Below the pieces are notes generated by a model that ran no database searches, was not told the DNA's origin, and saw nothing but the letters and a program-made list of their open reading frames with translations. Positions 29,371 to 39,189 of a stretch of DNA of 64,000 nucleotides are shown in pieces. Source of the DNA: Bacillota bacterium (GTDB lineage Bacteria > Bacillota > Limnochordia > DTU087); assembly GCA_012519025.1 (NCBI GenBank), contig JAAYQZ010000021.1:8909-72908 (forward strand). The letters run 5' to 3'. How positions within the stretch are numbered: the first letter of the stretch is position 1; the number at the start of each line of letters is the position of its first letter. Made by a program: the position numbers and the translations under genes.

Positions 29371-30753
29371 GTGCATACAAGGAAATATAACTGGCTCATC
29401 CTGGTTTTCTTAGCATTATTGGTGATCAGCGGCTGCAGCCCTGCTCCTAAAGTCAGTCAGATCAGCGGCACCATCATCACCCCCACAGGTGCGCCTGTAA
29501 CCGGCGCAGGTCTGATCATAAACGATGTAATAGCACAGACAAATGCCAAAGGGCAATTCACTTTATCCACAACTGCCGGGCGACACAAAGCCCTCATTTT
29601 GGCAAAAGGGTGTGCACCTGCAATCCTTGAGTTGGATCTTTCTGCCGGTTCACAGGCTCTTACCCTAAAGGCAAACCCCTTAAAACCTACCAAGCGCACA
29701 GGGCAAAAAATCGATTACCTTGTTTTAATTGATCCCCAGGAGAAGACTGATCTGGGAGCTGCTTCCCCATTTACCTATTTTGATACCTCCGGTATTCAGC
29801 CCGCTGCCGTGACCCACGCCGGCATAATCGACTTGAAACAAGCAGTCGAATATCTCAGCCCCAAGGCACTTCAGTCTCTTTGCAGTATATTAAACACTCG
29901 CAAAATCGTCTGGATTAATAAAGATCTGGCTGATCATCTGCAAATCTTTGATTCAGAAACCCAACTTACATACAATGTTCCTTTTATGAAGGGCAAAAAG
30001 AACCAAAGAACCGTAAATAAAATTAACGATTTATTGGTCCGTGATTGGCGGGGGGAGGCTTTGCCTTTAGATGTGAGCCCAAAGGCAACTGAGGCCAGGT
30101 TGGCCCAAGAGGTAACTGATTACATGGAAAGTAAGTACAAAATCACTTATGCAGGACATGATGTGCAGCGGGTCAAACAAATTGCGAACTCCGTTATCGC
30201 TGTTTCAGAAAGGCCCTCCTTGCGATTCACTTTCGGCATATTGGAGACAACAGAATATAATGCTTACGCCTTACCGGGAGGGTACATATACATTACAAGA
30301 CCCCTTTATGACATGCTCGAAGGTGATGACGAATTGGCTGCTGTTTTGTCGCATGAAATAGCCCATATAACACATATACATGCTGTAAAGAGCTATGAGC
30401 GGCAGACGGCCTTACTAGTGGCGGGGGTCCTTTTAGCAGTGGCCATAGGGGACAGTACTGCTTTTGATTTTGTCGATATCATCAGCGGCATTGTTAGACA
30501 AGGCTACAGTAAAGAGCAGGAACTGGATGCTGACAAAACCGGACTTCGTTATCTTGCCAAAGCGGGATACGAACCTAAGGCCATGTTGTCACTTCTTGAT
30601 AAACTCGAAGCACTTGAATATCGCCTTACCGGCGGTCGTCAAAACTACAGCAGTACACATCCCGCAACCAAGCGCCGCATTCAGGAGGTTAGTGGGCAAA
30701 TCAGTACTATTGAATACTACAGATTCCTGGATGTGTATCTGACCTCGACATAA
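29371..30753 (+). CDS. M48-family zinc metallopeptidase lipoprotein with an N-terminal carboxypeptidase-regulatory-like domain
   Basis: Lipobox LLVISGC; HEIAHITHIH HExxH zinc motif; M48/Ste24-like C-terminal half. Confidence 0.8.
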   Translation: MHTRKYNWLILVFLALLVISGCSPAPKVSQISGTIITPTGAPVTGAGLIINDVIAQTNAKGQFTLSTTAGRHKALILAKGCAPAILELDLSAGSQALTLKANPLKPTKRTGQKIDYLVLIDPQEKTDLGAASPFTYFDTSGIQPAAVTHAGIIDLKQAVEYLSPKALQSLCSILNTRKIVWINKDLADHLQIFDSETQLTYNVPFMKGKKNQRTVNKINDLLVRDWRGEALPLDVSPKATEARLAQEVTDYMESKYKITYAGHDVQRVKQIANSVIAVSERPSLRFTFGILETTEYNAYALPGGYIYITRPLYDMLEGDDELAAVLSHEIAHITHIHAVKSYERQTALLVAGVLLAVAIGDSTAFDFVDIISGIVRQGYSKEQELDADKTGLRYLAKAGYEPKAMLSLLDKLEALEYRLTGGRQNYSSTHPATKRRIQEVSGQISTIEYYRFLDVYLTST

Positions 30754-30830
30754 GAAAGGAAATACCAACACAAACCAGAACTTTAAAATGGCGAGTTAAC
30801 CCGATTACCGCACTGAAGGGAGCATTCATA

Positions 30831-33746
30831 TTGACAATTCATCAGCACTACTATCTTTTCCAACCAACAGAGCTAAACTGGATGGGATTGGTAATTCTTG
30901 CCCTTGGCATCATCATCATAGCCGTTATATTGCTATCTCCACCAGCCTCAGCCGATACAACAGCAACTGCTTCTGTACATACAAATTCTGTAAAACACCG
31001 GACTTTACCAAATGGCCTTGAACTGTATGTTTTCGAAGATTCAACAACACCCGCTGTCTCCGTAAATCTTTGGTACAAAGCCGGCTCCAGAGATGAACCT
31101 CTGGAAATGCAGGGCCTTGCCCATCTATTGGAGCACATGATGTTCAACGGTTCCAAGAATATTCCAAAAAACGGTCATGCCAACCTCATAGACGCCGCGG
31201 GAGGCATGGTAAACGCCTTTACAACCAATGATGTCACAGTGTATTGGAACAAAGTCCCAAACAACATGCTGGCGACCGTCCTTTATCTTGAGGCTGAGCG
31301 TATGATCAATCTGGAAATAACATCTGAGAAAGTAAACACAGAAAAGGAGATCGTCAAAGAAGAATATCGGATCAGCTTTCAAAACGATGCCCTCGGTGCG
31401 GCTCTTGATCAACTGTTGGCGGTGAGTTTAGAGGGAACCCCGTATGCCTGGACTCCGGCGGGTACACTCCAAACCATTGATGATATAACTGCATCCGATC
31501 TTCAGCAATTTTATAAAACCTACTATACCCCAAACAACGCTGTGCTTGTGATCGCCGGCGACACAAGTATAGAAACAGCATACCAAATAGCCCTCGATGC
31601 ATTTGGTTCGATTGCGCCGGGACCCATATTGTCGAGGGAGCCTGTTGCACTGCCCCGGCAGGAGGGCCCAAGATATATGGATATCTCCATGCCGCTTCAA
31701 TTACCCACCATCGTCGGTGGTTATATAATTCCAGGCACTCAGGGACCAGATTATATCCCCCTTCAAATAGCAAGTTTGATTCTATCGGCGGGGCAAAGTT
31801 CACGCCTGCATCGAAAGCTTGTGCGAGAGGAGGGCACAGCCGTGGCCGCCGCAGGATATGCTCAACCCTTCCGAGATGTGGGTCTGTTTTTGAACCTTGC
31901 CTTCCATTTGGAACACCATCATCCTGATGAAGTCATTTCAGCTATGCAAAGCGAGATTGAGGGAATGGCCGACCATCCGCCTTCTTTAGAAGAATTGGAA
32001 AAAGCGCGCAATCAGGTTGCAGCAAGTTACGGATTTTCTTTAGATTCTTTAGATGGTGTAGCTAATGCCATCGGCTCTGCTGTGGTATTGGGCCGAGGTC
32101 TAGAGGAATTCGAAAACGCTCTTGAAGAATATTCCTTTGTAACAGCCCAAGATGTCCAAGATGCTGTTCGAAAATACTTACGACCGGGGAATTTAACCGT
32201 CTTTCGTGTCAGGCCGGGAAGCCCGCCTCAGGAATTGATCCCAACCGAAGGCACCCTGCAGACCCAGACTGCCCAACCAAAGCATGCAGAGCAACCTGCC
32301 GATGCGATCCCAGTTGAGCTGGATGCTTTGGAAATGTTGCGAAAGCGCTTAGATATCGCTGAGCCCGCGGCAGATAAGGTGGCTTTACCCCCAATGACGC
32401 AGTTTCAATTGGCCAACGGCCTCAATGTATGGTTGATCCAACGGGAGGCGAAACCTTTGGCTGCCATTCAATTAGTCTTACCTAAGGCCGGTACTTATAT
32501 GGAGCCCATGGGCAAAGCCGGTATTGCTAACTTTGCTGCAGGAATGCTTCGGCAAGGCACTCAAAGCAAAACCGCTGACGAAATATCTCAAACAATTGAC
32601 AGCGCCGGTGGGAGTCTAAGTGTGTGGGCCGATGATGACGGGACCACCATCTTAGCCCAGGTCATGAGCAAAGACTTGGCTTTAGCCATGGAACTGGTCA
32701 GTGACATAACTATACAGCCAACATTCCCTCGAGAAGAAATCGAGACTTTAAGGCAGCAGTATCTCGGCGGTTTGTACCGACAGCGAGATGATGCATCGTC
32801 TTTCGCTAACGATCAGGCTTTAGCATTTCACTATGGACCCGAACACCCGCTGGGACGCCCGGCCACTATTGCCTCCGTCGAATCCATCCAACGTGAGGAC
32901 TTAAGTAACTTTGTTGAACAATACTACGATCCCCGGGATGCCATATTAGTAGCTACCGGTGATATTGATCTGGAAGTTTTTCAAAAGCTTGTTGAAGAAC
33001 ATTTCGGCCCATGGTCAGTAAATCCGGCGAAAGATGCAGATGCTCGACATACAGTATCACCGACCAAAGAGGTGAAGATGGGACTCCCTGAACCTTCGCA
33101 TCACCCTAGGCTTTTGTTTATCGAAAAGCCCGGGCAGACCCAAGTCCAGATCCGCATGACTCAAAAAGGGCCCTCTAGAGGCGCCCATGAACGAATCGCA
33201 GTGGACTTATATAACTACATCTTAGGGGGAGGCAGCTTCTCTTCCCGACTCATGCAAGTCATCCGCTCCGAGATGGGCGAAACTTACGGTATCGGCAGTG
33301 GCTACAGGAGCAGAGAACACGACGGCATGTTCATTCTGTCCACTTTTACCGGAAATGATAAACTTTACCGCACCATGACGGTTATAAAATCTGAGCTGGA
33401 GAAGTTCGCTTCCGAAGGCATCACGCAAAAAGAGCTGGAATATGCGAAAGCCAATCGAATCGGCAGTTATCCTCTGAGATTCGAAACACTAAGCGATACT
33501 GCCCAGACAATCATCCGGGGGCTACGATTCAGTTCCTTGGCAGAAGTGGAGAACTATCCGCTGTTAGTTCAAGGACAGAATCAAGCAGATGTGAAAGCTG
33601 CTGTGAAGAAATATTTCGACCCCGATAATTTTGCCATCGTCCTGCTTGGCGATCCCAGCGTCTCTCAACAGGTGGATGCGGTGGCCAACCTGTTTGGTAT
33701 GGAACCCAGTGCGGTAGAAAAAATTGACTGGCTTGAGGTAGACTGA
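30831..33746 (+). CDS. M16 (pitrilysin/insulinase) family zinc peptidase, tandem duplicated M16 units in one 971-aa polypeptide
   Basis: Inverted zinc motif HLLEHMMFNGS (HxxEH) in the first unit; the second unit lacks it (inactive-like). N-terminal TM/signal, so the true start may be an internal Met. Confidence 0.8.
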   Translation: MTIHQHYYLFQPTELNWMGLVILALGIIIIAVILLSPPASADTTATASVHTNSVKHRTLPNGLELYVFEDSTTPAVSVNLWYKAGSRDEPLEMQGLAHLLEHMMFNGSKNIPKNGHANLIDAAGGMVNAFTTNDVTVYWNKVPNNMLATVLYLEAERMINLEITSEKVNTEKEIVKEEYRISFQNDALGAALDQLLAVSLEGTPYAWTPAGTLQTIDDITASDLQQFYKTYYTPNNAVLVIAGDTSIETAYQIALDAFGSIAPGPILSREPVALPRQEGPRYMDISMPLQLPTIVGGYIIPGTQGPDYIPLQIASLILSAGQSSRLHRKLVREEGTAVAAAGYAQPFRDVGLFLNLAFHLEHHHPDEVISAMQSEIEGMADHPPSLEELEKARNQVAASYGFSLDSLDGVANAIGSAVVLGRGLEEFENALEEYSFVTAQDVQDAVRKYLRPGNLTVFRVRPGSPPQELIPTEGTLQTQTAQPKHAEQPADAIPVELDALEMLRKRLDIAEPAADKVALPPMTQFQLANGLNVWLIQREAKPLAAIQLVLPKAGTYMEPMGKAGIANFAAGMLRQGTQSKTADEISQTIDSAGGSLSVWADDDGTTILAQVMSKDLALAMELVSDITIQPTFPREEIETLRQQYLGGLYRQRDDASSFANDQALAFHYGPEHPLGRPATIASVESIQREDLSNFVEQYYDPRDAILVATGDIDLEVFQKLVEEHFGPWSVNPAKDADARHTVSPTKEVKMGLPEPSHHPRLLFIEKPGQTQVQIRMTQKGPSRGAHERIAVDLYNYILGGGSFSSRLMQVIRSEMGETYGIGSGYRSREHDGMFILSTFTGNDKLYRTMTVIKSELEKFASEGITQKELEYAKANRIGSYPLRFETLSDTAQTIIRGLRFSSLAEVENYPLLVQGQNQADVKAAVKKYFDPDNFAIVLLGDPSVSQQVDAVANLFGMEPSAVEKIDWLEVD

Positions 33747-33751
33747 CACCA

Positions 33752-33790
33752 AAAAGCCGCCTCTTATAAGAGGCGGCTTTTTCTTCTTTT
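33752..33790. terminator. bidirectional Rho-independent terminator between the convergent M16 peptidase and nrdG genes
   Basis: CAAAAAGCCGCCTCTTATAAGAGGCGGCTTTTTCTTCTTT: perfect 10-bp stem flanked by an A-tract and a T-tract. Confidence 0.85.
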
Positions 33791-33817
33791 AAGTCTTTTT
33801 AGATAAGTTCTTAATCT

Positions 33818-34510
33818 TTATATTCCCCTTGTAGCGATCTCTTCTGCCGAGTCAAGCAGTAAATGCTTTGCTTTTTCAAACCACACCGGTGGATGGGGGT
33901 TCACCTTGGTATAAGCCGCATCTAAGGTCTTGGTTGCACGAAACTGCTGCAAAACATATCGTTTGACCCCACCCAGCATATCGGCTACAGCAGCAATATC
34001 CTCTATTTCCACGATTCCCGGTACACATGTAGTGCGAAGTTCATAGGAGACACCTGCCTCTTTCAGCAGTGTGGCTGTCCGGGCAACTTCCTCAAAGTCC
34101 AGCCTGCCTCCAGTAGCTTCCCGGTATCTTTCGGGAGAGGATTTGATATCCAAAGCAACATAATCCAAAAGTTCCTTTGACAAAAGCTCTTTTAAAACTT
34201 TAGGTTTTGAGCCGTTGGTATCCAACTTTACGTCAAGACCCATGGCCTTAATCTCGGCTATGAATTCTACAAGATCAGTGTGAATAGTGGGCTCACCACC
34301 GGTAATACAAAGGGAATCCAACAACCCCACCCTGGAGGCAAGGTGAGTGAAAACCTCTTTTTCGGTTAACTGTTCTTCCCCTGTTTGCAAAACCAATTCC
34401 GCGTTATGACAGTATGGACAGCGCAAATTGCACCCAACTGTGAAAAGTACAACAGCCGGTCTGCCGGGATAGTCTATCAGGCTTAAAGGGGTAATACCAC
34501 CTATTTTCAT
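33818..34510 (-). CDS. nrdG: anaerobic ribonucleoside-triphosphate reductase activating protein (radical SAM)
   Basis: 230 aa; radical-SAM CNLRCPYCHN motif; 4-bp overlap with nrdD. Confidence 0.9.
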   Translation of the reverse strand: MKIGGITPLSLIDYPGRPAVVLFTVGCNLRCPYCHNAELVLQTGEEQLTEKEVFTHLASRVGLLDSLCITGGEPTIHTDLVEFIAEIKAMGLDVKLDTNGSKPKVLKELLSKELLDYVALDIKSSPERYREATGGRLDFEEVARTATLLKEAGVSYELRTTCVPGIVEIEDIAAVADMLGGVKRYVLQQFRATKTLDAAYTKVNPHPPVWFEKAKHLLLDSAEEIATRGI

Positions 34511-36672
34511 GACGCTACCTCTGAGTGAGTAAAGGTGCGCCGTTCTTCGAATTCACTTTTCTTGCCGGGGTTCCAGTTTTTGACCGGACGATAGAACCCA
34601 ACCACCCGGCTCCAGACTTCTGTTGCATTGCCGCATGTTGGACACGTCGCCTGCTCTCCCCGCAAATACCCGTGTGTAGAACAAATGCTAAAGGTAGGGG
34701 TAATTGTAAAGTATGGGATATGGTAGCTGTTGAAGATTGTTTTCAAAAGGCCCTTCAGAGCCTGCAAATCATCGACTTGCTCTCCTAGGAAAGCATGAAA
34801 TACAGTGCCGCCAGTATATAGGCTTTGCAGTTCATCCTGCACATCCAAGGCGGCAAAGAGATCATCTGTACATCCCACCGGTAGCTGGGTTGAGTTAGTA
34901 TAATAAGGTATCCCCGACTCCCCTGCAGTAACAATCAAAGGGTAGGCAGCCTTATCTAACTTAGCTAGGCGATACGAAGTACCCTCTGCGGGGGTTGCCT
35001 CCAAATTGAACAATTGATCTGTTTCAGTTTGAAATTCTACAAGCCGCTCACGCATGTAACCCAGCACTTCTTGAGTAAAGGCCTGCCCTTTGACGGATAA
35101 AAGATCGCACTCCATGAAGTTAAGCAGGGCCTCATTCATACCGACAAGCCCAATGGTATTGAAGTGATTGTCCCAATAACGACCAAACCGTTGGTAAACA
35201 TCGGTAAGATAGTAGCGCGAATATGGGAAAAGCCCCTTGAGCATCAGATCTTCCAGCACCCGTCTTTTAAGCAGCAAACTCTCTTTAGCAAGCTCCATAA
35301 GATATTCCAACCTGGTAAAAAACTCGCTCTTATTTTTGCTCAAATACCCTATCCTGGCCAGATTGACAGTTACAACACCGATGGAACCAGTGAGGGGGTT
35401 CGCACCAAACAAACCTCCGCCACGCTTACGCAGTTCCCTGGCATCCAGACGCAGGCGACAGCACATACTGCGCACATCATCGGGTGAAAGATCGGAGTTG
35501 ATGAAATTGGCAAAATAAGGTATCCCATACTTGGCTGTCATGGCGAGGACTTTTTCAAATACCGGGGAATTCCAATCCATATCATCAGTGACGTTGTATG
35601 TGGGAATAGGGAAACTAAAAGTACGGCCCTTAGCGTCACCCTCCATCATAACTTCACAAAAAGCCAAATTCAGCATATCAATTTCTGTTTGATAATCACC
35701 ATAACGTGCATCCTGATACTCCCCTCCAATAATTACGGGGCTTTGTGCAAGCTCACCGGAGGGCACAAGATCCATAGTAATATTTACGAAAGGTGTCTGA
35801 AAACCTACCCGGGTAGGTACATTGAGGTTGAAAATGAATTCCTGGAGCGCCTGTTTGGTCTGCACATAATCAAGTCCATCATGGGCGATAAAAGGCGCAA
35901 GATAAGTATCGAAACTGGCAAAGGCCTGGGCCCCTGCCGCCTCACCCTGTAATGTATAAAAGAAATTGGCCACTTGGCCCAACGCGGTGCGGAAATGCCG
36001 CGCCGGTTTGCTTTCCACTTTTTCCCCGACCCCACCAAAACCTTTTAACAAAAGGTCCTCTAAGTTCCATCCACAGCAATATGGGGCAAGCAGTCCCAAA
36101 TCGTGGATATGAAAATCTCCTTGAATATGAGCTTCCCTAATAGATTCTGGGTAGACCTCTTCCAGCCAGTACTTGGAGGAAACAGCGGCAATAATATGGT
36201 TATTCAGCCCCTGTAAGGAATAGTTCATATTACTGTTTTCATTGATTCGCCAATCCGCCCTGCCGACATATTCAGTAATCATTTTCTGAGCATCTATTAA
36301 AGTACTTGTGAAATTGCGATATTTATGCCGTTCCTGGCGATAAAGTATATAAGCTTTAGCTATGGAAGCATGACCGTTTTCGATCAAAATCTGTTCCACA
36401 AGATCCTGGACACCCTCAACAGTGGGCATTATGTCGGTTCGAAGCTTTGCCACCACCTCTGCTGCAAGCTGAACCGCCAAAGCCTGATCTTCCTGGCCGA
36501 CAGCATTGCTTGCCTTGTGGATTGCCGCGGCAATCCTATTTTGATCAAAGGGCACAATCCGACCATCTCTTTTTCTAATCTTACGGAACACAAATACTCC
36601 CCCTTCATATTCGCCTGCACACAAAAAACCCATCACGAAGGATGGGTATATACGAAACAGCAAATAACCCAC
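34507..36672 (-). CDS. nrdD: anaerobic ribonucleoside-triphosphate reductase, class III
   Basis: 721 aa; N-terminal ATP-cone (FRKIRKRDGRIVPFDQNRIAAAIHKA); C-terminal Zn ribbon CPTCG plus glycyl-radical motif (RVVGFYRPVKNW). Start codon ambiguous (GTG 36672 or downstream TTG/ATG). Confidence 0.9.
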   Translation of the reverse strand: MGYLLFRIYPSFVMGFLCAGEYEGGVFVFRKIRKRDGRIVPFDQNRIAAAIHKASNAVGQEDQALAVQLAAEVVAKLRTDIMPTVEGVQDLVEQILIENGHASIAKAYILYRQERHKYRNFTSTLIDAQKMITEYVGRADWRINENSNMNYSLQGLNNHIIAAVSSKYWLEEVYPESIREAHIQGDFHIHDLGLLAPYCCGWNLEDLLLKGFGGVGEKVESKPARHFRTALGQVANFFYTLQGEAAGAQAFASFDTYLAPFIAHDGLDYVQTKQALQEFIFNLNVPTRVGFQTPFVNITMDLVPSGELAQSPVIIGGEYQDARYGDYQTEIDMLNLAFCEVMMEGDAKGRTFSFPIPTYNVTDDMDWNSPVFEKVLAMTAKYGIPYFANFINSDLSPDDVRSMCCRLRLDARELRKRGGGLFGANPLTGSIGVVTVNLARIGYLSKNKSEFFTRLEYLMELAKESLLLKRRVLEDLMLKGLFPYSRYYLTDVYQRFGRYWDNHFNTIGLVGMNEALLNFMECDLLSVKGQAFTQEVLGYMRERLVEFQTETDQLFNLEATPAEGTSYRLAKLDKAAYPLIVTAGESGIPYYTNSTQLPVGCTDDLFAALDVQDELQSLYTGGTVFHAFLGEQVDDLQALKGLLKTIFNSYHIPYFTITPTFSICSTHGYLRGEQATCPTCGNATEVWSRVVGFYRPVKNWNPGKKSEFEERRTFTHSEVAS

Positions 36673-36689
36673 CCTCCTTCCCTCTGCAG

Positions 36690-36885
36690 TAGGTGTTGAT
36701 ACAAACCAGGTTAGGTCTCCGGACTTCTAAGTCATCCGCTGCCGACGCCTTCTCAGGAGTTGTCCCAATGGCCGTGTCGGCTCGTCCTTAGTTACCGTAG
36801 CAGGGGCTGTACCGGATTTCCACCGGTTTCCCTTCACAACCCAGTAGGTCCTATTTTCAATTTCCATCTGTATTATCTTTGTCCC
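36690..36885 (-). ncRNA. cobalamin (B12/AdoCbl) riboswitch in the nrdDG leader
   Basis: The minus strand reads GGTTGTGAAGGGAAACCGGTGGAAATCCGGTACAGCCCCTGCTACGGTAACTAAGGACGAGCCGACACGGCCATTGGGACAACTCCTGAGAAGGCGTCGGCAG. This matches the conserved cobalamin-riboswitch core (GGTG, AAGGGAA, CGGTGnAAaTCCG, ACAGCCCCcGCTACtGTAA, GCCACTGGGA-like B12 box, GAAGGC). Confidence 0.8.
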
Positions 36886-36927
36886 TCAAAAATTCTACAC
36901 AGCACAACAATCCCCTTTAAAAAGCTT

Positions 36928-37875
36928 TTAAGAAGCCGGGATAGATTTTACTTTTTTGCGATTGACTAATCCTATTCCCACAGACACCATCAAAAGGGCC
37001 GCCGCTGTACTGAGCCCTATGGGTTCCTTCAAAAACAAAGCAGAAAGTAAAGTCCCCCATATTGGAATCAAAAACCGATATACAGCGACTTCTCCGGGCT
37101 GATTGTATTTCAAAATCGAGTACCAAATACTAAATGCCGTTGCCGATGCAAAAGCGAGATACAAGAGCATCAAAAGTGATTTCCAGCCAAAAATCACTGA
37201 GCCAAAACCCGAAGCTATACTGCCTGTCCCAATTAAAAGGATTGAGCCAAACAACATGGGATAGGCCGTGACTAAAAAGGGATGATTGTCTGCCGATAAT
37301 TCCTTGGCCATGATACTTCCCAATGCACCCATTAAGGATGAAATCAAAAGAAAACCTTCACCAACAAAGGAAAACCCAAGATCCAAGCTACTTGCCGGCA
37401 GATTCACTACCATAGCCCCGGCGAAGCCGACCAATAGTCCCAGCACTTTGTCAGATGTGAGCAAGTCAGTTTTATAATATATTCTGGAAATAATCACCAT
37501 AAACAGGCTGGTAGTCGCCCCAATAATGGAGCCGGTGATACCGGTGCTGTATGCCAACCCGTTGTAAAAGAAAAAATACTGAAAAGTGGTCTGTACAAGC
37601 CCCAAGCCAATGAAATTAGGCAGTCGTTTTCTTGCAATGCGCAAAGGCTGTTTCAATCCAAACGACGTCACCATAAAAAGAAGCAAAGAGGCTAGGAAAA
37701 ATCGGTAGCCTGCAAACAGTACTTTCGCTCCCCAGTCGTGTGCCGGCAGCTCAAGCATTGCATAACTAATCTTTAAAAATGGAAATGCGCTGCCCCAAAG
37801 CAGACACGCGAAAGTGGACAATGCTAATATAACCGATCTTTGCTGCAGCCGCTGCCGAATATAATCTTGTGTCAT
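36928..37875 (-). CDS. EamA/DMT-family transporter
   Basis: Two EamA repeats, 10 TM. Likely start is the Met at 37875 (MTQDYIRQRL); the track ORF extends further to 38007. Confidence 0.8.
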   Translation of the reverse strand: MTQDYIRQRLQQRSVILALSTFACLLWGSAFPFLKISYAMLELPAHDWGAKVLFAGYRFFLASLLLFMVTSFGLKQPLRIARKRLPNFIGLGLVQTTFQYFFFYNGLAYSTGITGSIIGATTSLFMVIISRIYYKTDLLTSDKVLGLLVGFAGAMVVNLPASSLDLGFSFVGEGFLLISSLMGALGSIMAKELSADNHPFLVTAYPMLFGSILLIGTGSIASGFGSVIFGWKSLLMLLYLAFASATAFSIWYSILKYNQPGEVAVYRFLIPIWGTLLSALFLKEPIGLSTAAALLMVSVGIGLVNRKKVKSIPAS

Positions 37876-37930
37876 AATTATTTCCCTTTCCCCATCGAGA
37901 ACTTTTGTTGAGTGTCCATTGTGGTAGTGA

Positions 37931-39166
37931 CTAAAGAGCGGGCTGGACAAAGTCATGTCTTTCTTTTGTATGCAGCCGCAAAAGGGGTGGTATGGCAAGC
38001 AGAGCAAGCAACGTTGTGCCTAAGTAAATCTTTTTTAATCCAACGGCATCGTATAAAGCCCCACCAATCAGACTTCCGGCAACCGCCCCTCCCCCCATTG
38101 TCAGGCCGGTAAAAATAGTCTGCCCAGTGGCCCGCAAATCCACCGGGGAAAATCGATCAACTAAAGAAACACCAGCTAAGTATGTGATAGAAAGGGAGAA
38201 ACCGGTAAGTATCTGGGTCAGTACAACGATCTGTGGGGCTTTGATCAAGGCGTTAAGCAACCAACGCAGTGCAAAACATCCTGTCCCCATCAAATACAGC
38301 GCCCGGGCGCTGAACCCCACGAGAAACCGATATAACAACCAAAACGCCAGTTCACTTACCAAAGCAAGCAGCCACGCCATACCTACAACAGACTCCGAAT
38401 AGCCTCGCTCTATTAGATATACCCCAAAAAAGGACTGGTGGCAAGTATTTGTCAATTGAAGTAAGAAAGCCGATAGTGTTAGAAGTGCAAAGTTTTTATT
38501 ACTTAAAAGACGAACCAGGCCCCCTTGGCGGGGCCCGGAATTGTGGTCCATATTGGTTGGGGAAACAGGACACTCTATCTCCATTGGGATGTCCTGCAAA
38601 GAGCGGGTTGCAAACCAACAAATATACATCAATATCGCATACATATAAAACACATAGCCAACGTAGAGACGTTCAAATAGAAACCCTGCAATCAATGTGG
38701 CTGCAATGCCGCCAACCGTGCCCCAAAGCCTAATATCTGCAAACCCACCTTCGCTGCTGCCTACAAGGCCCATAGTGATAGCATCCATCATAGGAACGAC
38801 AGAGTTGGAGAAAAAGGCAATACCTGCGGCAACCACCATTAAAATAATCACTTTGTCTGACACCAGGTAAAATGGGCAAATGATAGCACACATCAAAAGG
38901 AGCAACCGCAGGGTCCTGGTCCTCCCCAGCCGGTAGTCAGCCATATTGCCCCAGAAAGGCTGGCTGATAAGGGCTGTTAGAGGTCCGCAAGCAGATACCA
39001 GGCCAATTTCTTTACCGCTTAACCCCACCCGATGCAAATAAACATTAACATAAGCACCGAACGCAAACATAGCCATAAGAGCCAAAAAGTAGCCCGCCTT
39101 GATGGAACAAATTGGTTGCCCGGGCAACTCTAACTTAGCTGCAGGTCCCGCCCCTTGGTTGCTCAT
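37931..39166 (-). CDS. MFS transporter
   Basis: 411 aa, 12 TM, MFS loop motifs (MADYRLGRTRTL). Confidence 0.8.
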   Translation of the reverse strand: MSNQGAGPAAKLELPGQPICSIKAGYFLALMAMFAFGAYVNVYLHRVGLSGKEIGLVSACGPLTALISQPFWGNMADYRLGRTRTLRLLLLMCAIICPFYLVSDKVIILMVVAAGIAFFSNSVVPMMDAITMGLVGSSEGGFADIRLWGTVGGIAATLIAGFLFERLYVGYVFYMYAILMYICWFATRSLQDIPMEIECPVSPTNMDHNSGPRQGGLVRLLSNKNFALLTLSAFLLQLTNTCHQSFFGVYLIERGYSESVVGMAWLLALVSELAFWLLYRFLVGFSARALYLMGTGCFALRWLLNALIKAPQIVVLTQILTGFSLSITYLAGVSLVDRFSPVDLRATGQTIFTGLTMGGGAVAGSLIGGALYDAVGLKKIYLGTTLLALLAIPPLLRLHTKERHDFVQPAL

Positions 39167-39189
39167 GAGTATCCTCCTGGCGACCTGGT

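Noticed and set aside
36672-36672. nrdD start codon at GTG 36672 as given by the ORF track
   Set aside because: AGGAGG abuts the GTG with no spacer, and the first 13 residues are hydrophobic and unlike NrdD. The real start is more likely a downstream TTG/ATG just before the ATP-cone (FRKIRKRDG). The gene call is kept but the exact start is left uncertain.
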